DNA from: Adineta vaga
Lineage: Eukaryota > Animalia > Rotifera
DNA length: 64,000 bases
Direction of reading: 5' to 3'
Assembly (NCBI GenBank): GCA_021613535.1
Contig: CP075492.1
Coordinates: forward strand, 4,836,001 to 4,900,000
The notes under the pieces are model-generated. The model searched no databases, had not been told where the DNA came from, and was given only the letters and a program-made list of their open reading frames with translations. A program made the position numbers and the translations under genes. Shown in pieces: positions 10,806-24,771 of the stretch (its first letter is position 1; the number at the start of each line of letters is the position of its first letter).

Positions 10806-13506
10806 TCAAAAATAAGTTCGCACTGTAACTGAAAAATACAATGTAATTAAAATATATAGAAGTCTAAATGATGCGTTGAAATCAATACTGGGTACTGCTG
10901 TATTCATCGCTTGTTCTACATATGTAAAGTTATGAATGATAATTTCGAGCGATTTACCACCACTAGGGGAACGACTGTTACTGTCATTGTGATATATCCA
11001 AAGATTCATACGAACAGGTGCTGTTAATTGAGGCACAGATGCTGCATAGTTGTCTGGCGATTGCCACGAATGAAGTAGACTATCATTATTGGTCGAAAAT
11101 CCATCGAAAGACTCGAACGAGACTGATGCTGATAACCATGTGATTTGATGTGTCGTAAACGGACTAGTCTGATTGTAGACAAATGAAATAATATGTTTCG
11201 TATCATTTACCGATGCTGGCCAAATGTCATAAAAGAGATTGGGTACAGTCGAGCTATTTTGACCCCAACGAGAGAATTCAATATCGATCTTATTTATATC
11301 TTTCACGTTAGTTACCAATGGATCATGTAAGACTAGACCCAGAACGACATTAGAATCCATCGTGTCCATTCGTCCTTCGATTTGCCACTGAAAGGTACCG
11401 AATGTAAACTGGTTATGTGTATATAATTCAGCGTATGTCCAGACATCTGACGAATTCGTTATTTGAAGATGTAACAAATCATTATTATCAACCCAAATAT
11501 TATTTGCTACGTAGTTGTTTGACTCTGTAAAGAAACTTATGATGAAAATAAATGAAAGAATATGCCTCCGTTAGTTTTCTGTACTATGAAAATCATCAGA
11601 AACTACCATCATCCTAGTATCACATTTGCTCTATAATTATTGGTAATTTCTCCGATGCATTCGGTCAAATTAAATTAGGAAGACATACCTGTACTATTTA
11701 CTCTGAAACATTGACGAAAGACAAAGATCAAAAAACAAACCTCTTTCATTATTAATATCGCTGCGTAAACACCACGTATAATTTTTCCATACAATTGAAT
11801 TCGATGCACAAGTGGTGTTTATTCCTAGAACGAGAATAGTACTTTCGAATTGTCTTATAGAATAACGAAATCTTAGAGAAAATAAAAAATTGAAACAGCA
11901 TAAGTTTTCACTGTATTTATACGTGCGGGACAATGTGTCGAAGAAAATGGCGCAGGTGTCGCTGTAGATATGTTCCCTTCACCTACACCACTCAATATAT
12001 TTGTTGTTATGATTATACCTGTGCCTGCAGATGTAGCAGGAATGACGCTCGTTGCTAAAGATGCAGTAGTGATCTCAGATGCTGTAGTTGATACCGACGC
12101 GTTATTTGAAGTAAATATTGTCTCAGATGCTGTGCTTGTACTTATTATCAAGTCTGATCGTGTCTCCACATTTGTAAATGTTTCGGAAGTTGACTCTAAG
12201 GTTGTTCTTATATTTGTCGCAGATACAGGCTCTGTCATCTTGCTTGTAACTGTTTCTGATGTAATCTCTGATTCAGAATTTGGGGTTATTACGAACACGG
12301 TTTCTATTGGCGCGATTGATTCTGAGTTTATCCGCGTCGTTATCTTTGCAGTTGTGATGGAATCAGTGTTCGTCGTCGTTGTTGTTGTACTTTCTACATA
12401 TGTTGTTATAGTACTCTCAGTGAACGTTGTTGTTGTACTTTCACTGAACGTTGCTGGTGTACTTCTATAGGATGTTGTCGTTGTACTTTCAGTGGGCGCT
12501 GTTGTTGTACTTCTCATGGTTGTTGTATCAGTTGTCATTTGTACTATTTGTAACAGAAAAAATACAAAAACATTCTGTTACATGAAGTCAAACCTAGTTG
12601 CGTATATCCTATACAATTGTAATATTACGTTTCAAGTCGCTAACTATCGATATACATTGATAAATGAATTTCTGACAAATTATAGATAGAAGACATTTTT
12701 TAAGGAAAACACTTCTTCTATTCCGACTATAAGAAGAACGCGACTACAATAGAACTCTTCATTTCAGATGAGTAAGCTATTTAATATTCTCAATGATCAA
12801 ATACTCACACGAACAAATATGATTGTCGTTACAATAGTTACTCATGCAATCCAATGATTGTTTACAACGTTGCCTTTCTTTACATTTTGGACATGTGAGA
12901 CCACCACAATCAATATCTGTTTCATCTTCATCTTTTCTCTTATCATTACATGAAACAAATGCTTAAAAGGAAGATGAATCTATCATATCAAAAACACAAT
13001 ACTTACCAAGACATTTTTTATTTTCACAATTGTCACTGAGACAATCACAATTTCTCTTACATGCTTTATCATCTACACATTTCGAACACTTGACACCACC
13101 GCAATCGACATCAGTTTCATCTCCATTTTTAATTCCATCCATACAACATGATTCTAGAAAATGATACATACTCATATTCATTTTTATCCTCAAAATTGTT
13201 ATTATTGATTCATTTTTTCAATGATTATGACTTTGGTAGACAACAAAAGACGACAGACTATTGAGAACGTACCATCGTTGTGCACAGAGATATGTTCTTC
13301 TGAACTTGACGAATCAATTGAAATCACTATTCGACCTGCTGCCGTCCAACTGATATACCAGTAACAACAAAATATGAGCCAAAGATACCATGCATTACTG
13401 TACAAGAGAGAGAAAAGACATATGAACTAGTCAAAATTGTTGAAATTGTTAGAGACAGATGTCACGAGTTCGTTTTTGTTTTCTATTACCTGAATAGGAA
13501 ATGCAT
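10806..13506 (-). CDS. Multi-exon surface protein: signal peptide, 2 Cys-rich ETDxDCGG repeats, Ser/Thr mucin stalk, GH16-like domain, hydrophobic C-tail
   Basis: Exons 13506-13490 (MHFLFS), 13397-13273, 13153-13007, 12961-12809, 12543-~11924, 11824-~11742, ~11524-10806; GH16 signatures NIWVD..LHLQI, FGTFQW, NVVLGL, KIDIEFSRWG, RMNLW; the last junctions are less certain. Confidence 0.8.
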
Positions 13507-15135
13507 AATCTGAAGTTCAAATTCAATTTATAAAGCTCAATCAGAAGGACATACTATACAGCATAAAAACAAGATACAATTTTAGAATAGAGAGAGAAAA
13601 AGAAAATGTAATCTTTTTAGACAAATATAAATAGTCATTTTATAATGTGCATAATAATAATGTAACAGTTATTTGTTTTTTTTCCATGCATGTATTTTAG
13701 TTTTGTTGCGATGTTTATTTTAATACTAATGATGAGAATGTTCTGCATCTCGAATGTTTTTTCATCGACAGATTATCAGCACGGAATCACTTAAAGATCG
13801 TCATTTACTTACTAAAAATTGCGCGCACAACATTTTATGATTCTCTCGTTCTCTTCCTACACAAGGTAAATCGCTAGCGTACTTTTAACGCAAATTTCTT
13901 TTCTTCGACGGATAGAATTTTTGAATGACAAAAACGAATATTCCTGATTTCAAATGTTGATGAATATGTATGTCAATGTTCGTAGTTCTAAATGGCTTCA
14001 GAAATAACTTATTTTCGTCGTCAACGATAAAATTACTTGTTACTTATTCATATATAATCAAAGTTTCGTATGAATCATAGTCAATAGATTCATTCATAGT
14101 AAAACATTATAGTATAAATAAGACTATTGAAACAGAACACTTGAGTACGAATCTGTTGACGAACATTTATCGATCATTCGATTTCGTAGAGAAATTAATT
14201 AGTATGGATCGTATTTTTCTACAACTTGTATGATTTGTTAGATATAAAACATATGGATAAGAATCTCAATGACCCACTAATCAAAACAAACAAAATCTAT
14301 ATAGATTGGAGAAAATTCCACTAAGAATATGCATTAATATCTTGGAAAAAAAGGAATTCCTAGTATATTTTATTGCATATTCGTTTAAGAAAAAAAAAGA
14401 ATCGTTTGTCTATATGTTCCTTTTACTTGTGTGAAAGTGAAAAAAAAGGTATTTTGATGTTTTGAGAGTTATACATCAATGATGGTTGCTTTGACACTTG
14501 TTTTTCAATTCTGTCTTTTTATTATGGTAAAACCATACAAGTTTCTCGCTTGTTATTCAATTCTTCCAGTTTTCGATCGAAAAACGAGATGATGAAAAAA
14601 CAATCTATTTATTTTAATGAGAGATGAGAATGTCAGAAGTTGTATTCATATATTCGGCGAATAAGCGTAGATTTTAAAGTAATTTGACTGTTATTTTAAA
14701 TTGAAAAAAATAACTCAAGTTTGAGATTATGTATCATTAATATTAAAAAAAAATATGAAGGTAGAACGGTGAGTTTTCAATCGAATCTAAAGAATTATGG
14801 TGAGCAATGATGAAATAGTTGAGTCCTGGCAGTATGAGGATCAATATAGAGGAGTGATTTACGAGTTCTTTAACATGCACTTGAGATGTAATTTGCGGAC
14901 ATTTTATATGAGTCTTTTCAGATCCTCATGTTTTCTCTGTGAAGTTCGCTGAGCAACGCGTTGAACATTCATAGGATACGAACACTATGTTGTTGATGAT
15001 GATCATCATCATTTCTCAAACAGTCTACTATGATTCTTAGTTAAGGTGAATGTGCTATTTGTTTACAGATTAAATTTCAATCGAAATTTACAAGCAGCCT
15101 GTTGATTGGATTGAATCGAAATTAACTTTTGAACG

Positions 15136-18100
15136 ATGCATTTTATATCCAGGTAATTTATTTATTTATCTGTCAGTTGGTTGTGCATGAAGTCCCTGTT
15201 GAGGATAAGAGTGTGTATGGAGAATAGACCATCGTCTAGCTGTATTAACAATATAACCACAGGGGATGAGCGAATAAGGGAATAAGATAGATGAGCGTGT
15301 CACGTCACCTATATAAAAATCATTGTCCCTTGTTTTCTTTGGCTAGTTATTCATGGTTATTTGGTTTGGCCATTTGGTGTTGGTTTCATGTGGTTCTAAC
15401 CGATGGTAGAACAGTGATCACAATTGAATCGTCCAGCTCAGAAGAACATCGACCGTCGAGAAATGAAAGTATGTTACGTATTCGAGTTGTATACTATAGT
15501 ACTCGTTTCCTACCACATCGCTTTTTGAAAGGTCTTCTTTTTGAGACAAACTAACAAAATATGCTCACTTATTAGTGATGATATCTGAAATAGTCAATTT
15601 TCATTGACAACTCGATAACATATTTGAGAAGGCACAAAAGACGTAATTTTGCTTCGGAAGTTTATACAGACCTATACGGAATAAATGGAAGAAAGATTCG
15701 AACAATCTTTTTGTTTGTACCAGGTCGCATTTCCTCATTTTTGAGGTCATTAGTCTTTTTCTCCGATGTAATTCTAAACTAGTTACATTTAATATCTAAT
15801 CTTGAGACCTTTTTATAACTAAGTCTTAGCAGCAGCAATACGAAGTAGATGTCAAATCCGAATCAATCATATATGTGTATATAGCCAACGATAAAATACA
15901 TGCATGGTTCATTCTAGGATGTTCTTGTACCGATCATATGAAAAACCAAGATGAAACCGATGTAGATTGCGGTGGTTCCAAATGTCCGAAATGCGAAAAT
16001 ATGAAACGTTGTCGAGTTAGCTGTGATTGTCTCAGTACTATTTGCTACAATAATAAATGTGTCCGTAAGTATCGCATTTTTGTAGATTTACATCTTGTAA
16101 AAGTACTTTTATTGTAGCACCAGAATCATGTGTTGACAATATAAAGAATCAAGATGAAACTGATATCGATTGTGGCGGTCACATTTGTGCAAAATGTAAC
16201 GATACGAAAACTTGCTATATTCCGTATGATTGCATTAGTGGTGCCTGTGAGAATCATATGTGTATTAGTAAGTACTGTATGCTTTCCTCATTTTATATGC
16301 AATAAGGTCTTTCATCTCAGCACCTGAATCATGTACCGACAACATCAAGAATCAAGATGAAACTGACATTGATTGTGGTGGTCACATGTGCCCAAAATGT
16401 ATGGACACGAAAACATGTAGTCACTCGGACGACTGTCTCAGTGGCAATTGTGACAACAATATATGTGCTCGTAAATGCTGTATGATATCCTCATTACGTA
16501 AATAGCAAGATCTTTTATTTTAGCACCTGAAACATGTACCGACAACATGAAGAATCAAGATGAAAGTGATATTGATTGTGGTGGTCACATGTGCCCAAAA
16601 TGTATGGACACGAAAACATGTAGTCACTCGAATGACTGTCTCAGCGGCAATTGTGACAACAATATATGTGCTCGTAATTACTGTATGATTTTCTCAGTAT
16701 ATAAACAGCAAGATGTTTTATTTTAGCACCTGAAACATGTACCGACAGCATCAAGAATCAAGATGAAAGTGATATTGATTGTGGTGGTCTCATTTGTCAG
16801 AAATGTATGGATACGAAAACATGTAGTCACTCGGACGACTGTCTCAGTGGCAATTGTGACAACAATATATGTGCTCGTAAATGCTGTATGATTTTCTCAT
16901 TATGTAAACAGCAAGATCTTTTATTTTAGCACCTGAATCATGTACCGACAAGATGAAGAATCAAGATGAAAGTGATATTGATTGTGGTGGTCTTATTTGT
17001 CCAAAATGTATGGATGGGAAAATCTGCAATACTAGCAGTGATTGCGATAGCAATCAATGTGGTGCGAATGTTTGTCAAAGTATGTAATATATTATTACAG
17101 CTCAGAACGAATATGCTACGTTGAGTAACTTTTAACAGCAATGTACGTGTTGAGACTATAGTCGCATCTGAATCAGTTATTCGCAGCATCTTCACGAATT
17201 AAAAGTGCTATTTCTGTCAACGCTTGACTTTTCATGTTCGGATTGAAGCGATTATCATAGAAATGTTATATACTCGATATATGCAGCGTATAACGTGAAT
17301 AATATCTAAACTATAGAAAATTTGTATCTACTTTTACCACTACGACATTCAGACTTTCTTAAATGTTAGTTTAGTAGATGTGAGGCATTGATAGACGAGT
17401 TAAGTTGAAATCATGATTCTGAATAAAATCTCGTTCAAGTCTCGTTCAGTCGTAGAGAAGGAGAAGGGTTAGTATCATTGTTCGAAAGACATCTGATTCA
17501 TTCTTCATCGTTTTTCTTCAGCATGTTCGTTGAATGGTTTCAGTAATGGTGGATTCGAATCTGGCAATAGTAATGGATGGACTATCGGTGGTGGCGTACG
17601 AACTGGAGTATCATCATCTCAAATTCTACCGCAAGATTTTCTACCGAATGGTCCACTATATATAGCAAACATTGCCGCATCACATTCAGCAGTTGTTACA
17701 AACGATAGTGATCCACTCCTTGGCACATTGATGCCAGGCATTGTTCATAGTGGTCAAAACGCCTTCCGTATTGAAGACTTGATAAAAGGAGGCTATGCAT
17801 CGGTTATCAGTCGACAAATTAATAGCTACTTTTGTTTGGATATATATTTTGCATGGTTAGCTGTTGTAGAAAATGGTGATCATACTTCTAATGAGTCCAG
17901 TATTATGATAGTTGAATTGAAGGATACGACCAATAGTGACACTCTTATTTCGCGTCGTTACGATGCCGGAGCAGGCTCAACTGGTGTTGACAATCGCTTC
18001 CGACAGAAGGATGCATATTTCTATACACCATCTTGGCAAATAGAACACTTGGCTATTGGAAGCGATCGCATCGGTCATAACTTTACGTTAACTGTTCTAG

Positions 18101-18171
18101 CTGCAGATTGTAAACCAGCTGGTCATGTAGGTTACGTGTATATCGATAGTTTTAGTGGTATTGCACCGTAA
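15136..18171 (+). CDS. Secreted paralog: signal peptide, 6 Cys-rich ETDxDCGG repeats, bacterial-type beta-sandwich C-terminal domain
   Basis: Exons 15136-15152 (MHFISS), 15347-15468, 15918-16064, 16118-16267, 16321-16470, 16524-16673, 16727-16876, 16930-17079, 17522-18171 splice in frame; last exon reads NGGFESG..GWT ... LAADC...GH.GYVYIDSF. Confidence 0.85.
16118..17079 (+). repeat. Tandem array of 203-bp units (150-nt exon + 53-nt intron), 5 exon copies
   Basis: Exon starts CACC(A/T)GAA at 16118, 16321, 16524, 16727 and 16930, exactly 203 apart; the inner introns are also similar to each other. Confidence 0.95.
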
Positions 18172-18834
18172 CTTCATCTGATGTCATAGCAACTTTGCTT
18201 CAACTAAAAAGCTGAACATGATAACAATTCTCCCCATGTTTTCAAAGTTTTCGCATTTTTTTTAGTTTTACTATGTTCACATTTTTCGTCATAAAAATCC
18301 TTTAATCTTTTAATGATCTCAGTATCTTTTCAATTCGCAAAATTCACTGCTTGCTTAAATCTTCGAATTTCTCTTCCATTATTTAGTTTCTAATTCTACA
18401 GTTGTGTTTATTCAATAAAGTATTTCTTTTAGATTGTGTTTTATTATAGTATATGTGAATAATTTTGAATAAGTGAAAAAATATAGAGAGATGAATGTGA
18501 GATGAGTAATATTCCATATAAAAAGATGACTGTATACGTTTTTTTAACGAATATACTTAACATATTCGAATTTAGCGAGTTGACATACATTGGATCACAT
18601 AACGAATAGATTATAAGGCATCAAATTTTGATTTTGTTTTTCCTCAAAAGACAAAAGACAATACACACCTGATTTTACTTTCATCACGAAATGCTTATAC
18701 TTTCAAATAAACTCACCCATATTCATTATATTCAATTAGAAAAAAAATAGAAATTAAGATAAAGAAAAAGAAAACATTTTGAGCATGATACAGTTCACTT
18801 ATTGTTTACATATTTGAAAATAATAATTTGTTAT

Positions 18835-21800
18835 TCAAGTCTTACATGTATTCAATGTGATAGATGCTGTGTTAGAAAGTGTATTAATTGCAATCAAGTC
18901 GAGTCGTGTGTCGTTGTTAAAGTCACCTGCTAATAGAAAACTAGGATCACTGTCAGTTGTAATACTATCGATAGTGTCAAAGCTTCCATCACCATTACCA
19001 AGAAATAGACTCACAGTATTGTCAACATAATTGCTCACTGCTAAATCCGCAATACGTATCATTATTCAAATCATATGATATAATAGAATATGGACTGCTA
19101 CCAACAGAATAATTTCTAGAAACAGTAAAGGTTCCATCTACGTTCCCCAATAAAATACTAATACTGTCACTATTTTTATTGGCAATAGCTAGATCCAAAT
19201 AGTTATCAGTGTTGAAATAATTTGCCGTTATGAATGTTGGATAGGCACCAACTTTATAAGTCTGTTTCGCTGTGAATGTTGTATTACTTGAACCTAACCA
19301 TATAGTGATGGAACTGTTATCTCGATTAGCTACAATGAGATCTGGTATTTTATCTTGATTGAAATCGTTGGAAAGTAAAGCAGATGGTGAGCCTCCCACT
19401 GAGAAGTCCATAAAACGAGTAAAATATCCATTTCCTTTGCCTAATAATATAGTAACACTACTACCGGCTGTATTAGCTGTTGCAAGATCAAGAATATTAT
19501 CATTATTGAAATCTTTGGTTAAGATAAAATCAGGTTGAGTACCAGTTCGATACACTCGTGGTCCTTGGAAGATTCTATTTGCACTACCATATACCACGCC
19601 TACGGTTTTGGCATCTCTATTAACGATAGCAAGATCAGTTCTGTTGTCATTATTGAAATCATTTGCTATGATAGAATTAGGTGATTGACCAGTGGCATAT
19701 TCAGAATGAGTTTGAAAAGTACCATTTCCTAAGCCTATCAAAAAAGTGAATACATCATCGTCAAAATTGGTAACGACTAAATCAAGTTTTCCATCATAGT
19801 TGAAATCACCAGATGTAACAGATGTTGGAGAATTTCCAACTGGAAACAATAGTTGAGGTTTAAAAGAACCATTTGTATCGCTAAGTAAGATGCTAATCGT
19901 ATTATCACCATTATTAACAACAACCAAATCTTGATGACTATCATTGTTGAAATCGTTCGATGCAAGAAAATATGGGCGTGCACCAACTGTATAATTGACT
20001 ACATTCCGAAAAGAACCACTTCCATCACCAAACAAGATACTTATCGTTTTGTTCGCACGATTAGCCACAGCTAAATCTAAGTTGCTATCGGCATTGAAAT
20101 AATTTGATATTATGGAAGAAGGTTCATAACCAACAGTATATGGAATTGGTGGTATCTGAAATGTTCCATCACGATTACCAAGAAGAATACTAATGAAATT
20201 ACTGTCGCAACTTGTTACTGCTAGATCTAATTGTTTATCGTTATTGAAATCTTTCGATGTAATTGAGCAAGGACTAAACTCAATTGCATAAGGTTGGGAA
20301 ATGTTAAATGGCTCAGGAGGACGATTGAATGATACAAGAATTGAATTACTCTCTCGAATGGTTACTGCTACATCCGTAAAATTATCGTTATCAAAATCAC
20401 CTGTAACTAACGACGAAGGATTGAACCCAAGAGAATAGGAGAGTTTTTGTCCAAAAATTCCATTTTTCGTTCCTGGAAACATAGAAATACTTGCGGCACC
20501 AGCATTAGTCACCATAAGATCGAGATATGTATCATTATTGAAATAGCCTGATACGATAGATCGAGGAGAAGCATCAGTTTGATAAAATGCTAATTTAGAA
20601 GATGTTCCATTACCGAGACCCAGCAGAATACTAACAAGGCTGTTTCCATAATTTGTGACCGCGATATCTAATATTGTGTCGTTATTAAAATCAGCTGATA
20701 TGATAGAGGTTGGCCGAGTTCCAACTGGATATCTTGGATATGAAGGAAATGTTCCATTTGCAGTACCAAAAAGCAGATTAATCGAGTTACCACCATTGTT
20801 GACAACAATAAGATCTATGAAATTATCAGAATTGCATAGGCCTGCCACAACAGAGATTGGAAATTCACCAACATTATACGTAACGTCTGGCGCGAAAGTT
20901 CCATTTCCAAAATTAATCAGCATGCTAATTGTACCTTCGATATAGTTGACAACGGCTAGATCGGTACTATTATCATTGTTAAGATCTTTGGACACAATAT
21001 GATATGGACCAGTGCCAACATTATATTTTGTTTGATTTTGAAACGTACCATTTGTCATACCAAAAAATACACTAACAGTATTATCACCATAATTAGGTAC
21101 TGCAACATCCATGTAATTATCGTGATTGAAATCACCAGCTGTAATGGCATTAGCAGAAAAACCAGCAAAATAGTTTGCTATTAACCAAAAAGATCCATTT
21201 CCATAGCCATATAAGAAACTCACGATGCCATACAAACTATTCACTGCTACTAAATCTATATGTGTATCATTGTTGAAATCATATGCCACCAAACCTACGA
21301 AATTTTCATAGGCAGGAATATTTAATTGTATGCCAAACGATCCGTTTCCAGAGCCAATTAATATACGTATGAAAGGTTCTTCGGATTGGACCACTGCCAA
21401 ATCAATTATTGTATCATTATTGAAATCAGCAGAAACGACCGCTGTTGGTGTGGCTCCAACAAGAGTTATTTCCTGTTCGTGGAAAGTTCCAAATCCATAC
21501 CCAAGTAATACGCTAATTGAATTACTATCTTGATTAACAACTGCTAAATCTGGTATAGTGTCAGAATTAAAATAATCTGCTATTATATAGACTGGATTTG
21601 AACCAACCGAATAAGCTGTTGATCGTTGAAATGTTCCATCGCCAGTACTAAGCATCACTTCGATAACACCATCTTGTTGACTACATATTACTAGATCGTT
21701 CTTTTTATCGTTGTTTAAATCATAGAGTAGTGCATAACTGGGTTGAGTTCTTGTCAGAATAGTGGCTTGAGTTTCAAAATTTCCCTTTCCATCGTTTAGC

Positions 21801-23389
21801 AAGAGAACTGCATCACTGTCTTGTTGATTCAACACCATGACATCCAAGTCTTTGTCATTATCAAAATCACCTAATGTTGCAGAGATAGGACTACGGCCAA
21901 CAACAAATGATTTTTTGCCGCTTGTAAAAGGTGTTTTACATCGTTGTACTATAAAAGAAAACAAATACACAATCAAAGCTGACTAAACATATCGATCTTT
22001 ACATAGAGCTCAGATACGTACTTCCATTATTATTGTTATTTGCTCTAGATTTTATTCCTAAAACAACACCAGTAATAACACCTACAATCGCCAAGGTTAC
22101 CAATAAACAAACTGGAATAGAATATTTTTTCTTATAATACCAAGGTTTTCTAATAAATATAATAAATGAGAAACGCAATATAACGTAAAAAGACCTACTT
22201 GAGCTTTGGAAACACATGTGCACCTATAAGTAGAGACAATAAATAAGATTGTGATGAAAAATGAAATGATATCAACGATATAGATATGTATACCTTCAAA
22301 TGGTGGTTGAAGTAGAGCTTCTTCAGGAATAACTTGTTTCAAATGAACAATATGAAGTTGAGGTGCTGGACTAAAGAGTGATTGAACTATCATATGTGTA
22401 CCAGGAAGAAGAAGAAGTTCATCTTCTGTAACGAAATGCGAATGTGCACGAACTGTTCGACCATTGATTGCTTCAACTGAAAATAAAGTTCGACTTCCAC
22501 TATTACCCAAATACATATTATTTTCCAATACAGTTAATTCTGTCGTACAAGATGAAAATGCCCACCAAGTGACAGGTGTTCCAGGTGGAAATTCTTGACT
22601 CAAATCTTTCGTCACACCTCGCCAAACAGTTAATGGTGGAACACATGGTAATTTGACAAGAGCAGTGATGAATAATTTCATATATTTGAAATAAGGTCGA
22701 AGTTTTTCACGAGGTTGAGTTTTAAGAGTATAATTAAGCATGGAATAAAGACTTCGATGTGGTTTATCCCATTCGATCGTATATAAACGAATAGCAGCAC
22801 TTTCATCAACAGTAAGATTATCAGGTGGTTCTGGAGGTGTTTCTTGTAGTGCGAGTTCGACATAGAATGTTAGATTATGTAGTATATCATCGAGAGGAGC
22901 ACAGGCTTCAGCAAGTGGTAAGATGGGTTCATCAGCATATTCGATGAGAGGTTCTGTTGGTTCGATTTCTTCCGAAGTAGTATTAGTAGCTGTCTGATTT
23001 TGTTGTTTAAGATCATCCGGTTCTATCGTTCTTTCACCTTCATTCCTCAACTCGCTAATCGTATTGTCTCTACCTTGTGTTAGTGATGTTTCTGTGCCAA
23101 ATTCATTTTCAGTAAGTTTATCTTTATCATTGAAATTTTGATATGGTATATTTGCTGTATACGGTGGATCATTAATGATCTTGATTGATGTCCTCTTAGG
23201 ATTTCGATGATACTGCATTGCTTCATTCCCAACGCCAATAGATGTTAATTCCGTTTGTATGCGAACATTTTTGCTAGGGGGTGCTCGTTGATATTGTCTA
23301 AGTTCATAACTAAGTGGGATAGCTGTTTGTTGAGTTTGTATACGAGCATTTTTCATCATAACTCTTTCCTTCTGTTCTTGATAATTCAT
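18835..23389 (-). CDS. Type II membrane protein: cytoplasmic R-S-E ADP-ribosyltransferase, TM helix, 21 extracellular FG-GAP/VCBS repeats (1-nt frameshift at ~19054)
   Basis: Exons 23389-22294, 22223-22199, 22149-22022, 21948-18835; ART motifs TVWRGV, WAFSSCT, EDELLL; TM IPVCLLVTLAIVGVITGVVLGI; 21 DFNNDxxxDL-type repeats counted. Confidence 0.9.
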
Positions 23390-24444
23390 CGTGTTCTTGT
23401 AGTTTTATCGATGAGTATTATTGATTTTCACGAGATCTAAAAGAAATCCGCTATTGATTATAATACATGGTTATCTAATCGTTCTGTACGATATTCATTG
23501 TTCTATTAGAAGAATATCAAATATGTAATGATACATGACACGAGTTATACTCAGAGAACATTATCTACTTGAAACGATTATGCGTATCAAGAGATGATGA
23601 AATATCGATGATGTAAAAGTTAAAAGTAGATATTTTCCTGTGAAAAACTACATTATGAATTCGTCATCGATCAGTGTTAACATTCATGCCGATGTATATA
23701 ATATATAATATGTGTTGATGAAGAAATTAGTACTTTCACATAACTAAGAGATGTTTTCTTATCATCATCGAGAGGAACAAATAATGAATGTATATGTATG
23801 AAAAAAGAAGTGCGTACGTACCGGCGAATATCGATGGTGAAATGAATCGATACCTGTATTCAGTAGTAAATAATGAAAATAAACTGAAAGGTTACATCGA
23901 ACTAACATAAATGCACAGTTTTGTATATGTTCTTTCTTTACATTTGACGAGCAGCCATGCATAGAAATATTTTGTTTATTTGCGTAGAATATATAATATG
24001 AAATCAAAAAAAAAAGAAAAACAATTTGTTATTCATATCGTTGATAGATGATATATATACGCCATACCCGTCAATGAGTTGGAACGCACGCTTTTTTTTC
24101 TTATTCAAAATATTTACCATAACGAAGTCATTTACAGATAAGAAATATAATTACTAATTTATTTATTCAGTCTACAGCAATTGATAAAATATCTATCGTC
24201 CTTTCATATGTAAACAGAATAAGCAGAAAATATAAAGGTGTAATTATCTATACAGGTAGTCAGAATTTGAAGTAAAAGTATAGAGAGCAAAACGACATCT
24301 GACACAAATCGAAAATTGGAACGAGATAGATTGAGGGTGGTGACCATTTCAGTTGATATATTCTGATATTTATTGAAATTGAGAACATAAAATATATATT
24401 CTTTTTTTCAAAGACATGGAAAATATAAATTCACAATTTTTTTT

Positions 24445-24771
24445 CTAAATAATCATAATTATTGAATGAGATCTTATAATTACGTCAAAATCAGTAAGAA
24501 TATTTAAATCAGTTAATTTATAGAAGTTAATATCATCTTTTTCAAAAATTTCCATTATTTGCATTTCTAATAAACGAGACGCATTACAATCAATACGATA
24601 CGAACTCATTGATGTAACATTAGGAAAGTAATATGAAAGTTCTTGATTTAGTTTTCTATTGGCAATACTTAAAATAGTTACATTATCATAATTCATTAAC
24701 GTAGAACAATCCATTTCAGTAGTTGATTCCATGATGAATATTTCCAAAATATATGGTACGGTATAGATCAC
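24445..24771 (-). pseudogene. Possible remnant of a divergent F-box/LRR-like family gene
   Basis: IYTVPY and YFPNVTS recall the C-terminal part of such rotifer proteins; no intact gene model found. Confidence 0.25.

Noticed and set aside
11689-11693. Possible 5-nt microexon (AG|TACAG|GTATGT on the minus strand) in the GH16 gene
   Set aside because: Breaks the frame with the obvious downstream acceptor, whereas direct splicing keeps it; cannot be supported without cDNA
11970-12689. Val-rich + strand ORFs
   Set aside because: Antisense shadow of the Thr-rich mucin exon
15291-15346. ATG 15291 as the gene start
   Set aside because: The paralog's structure indicates a start at the 17-nt exon at 15136, placing this segment in intron 1
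16118-17079. CRISPR-like regular repeat array
   Set aside because: Units are coding exons plus GT-AG introns, spacers are not unique, and no cas genes are present
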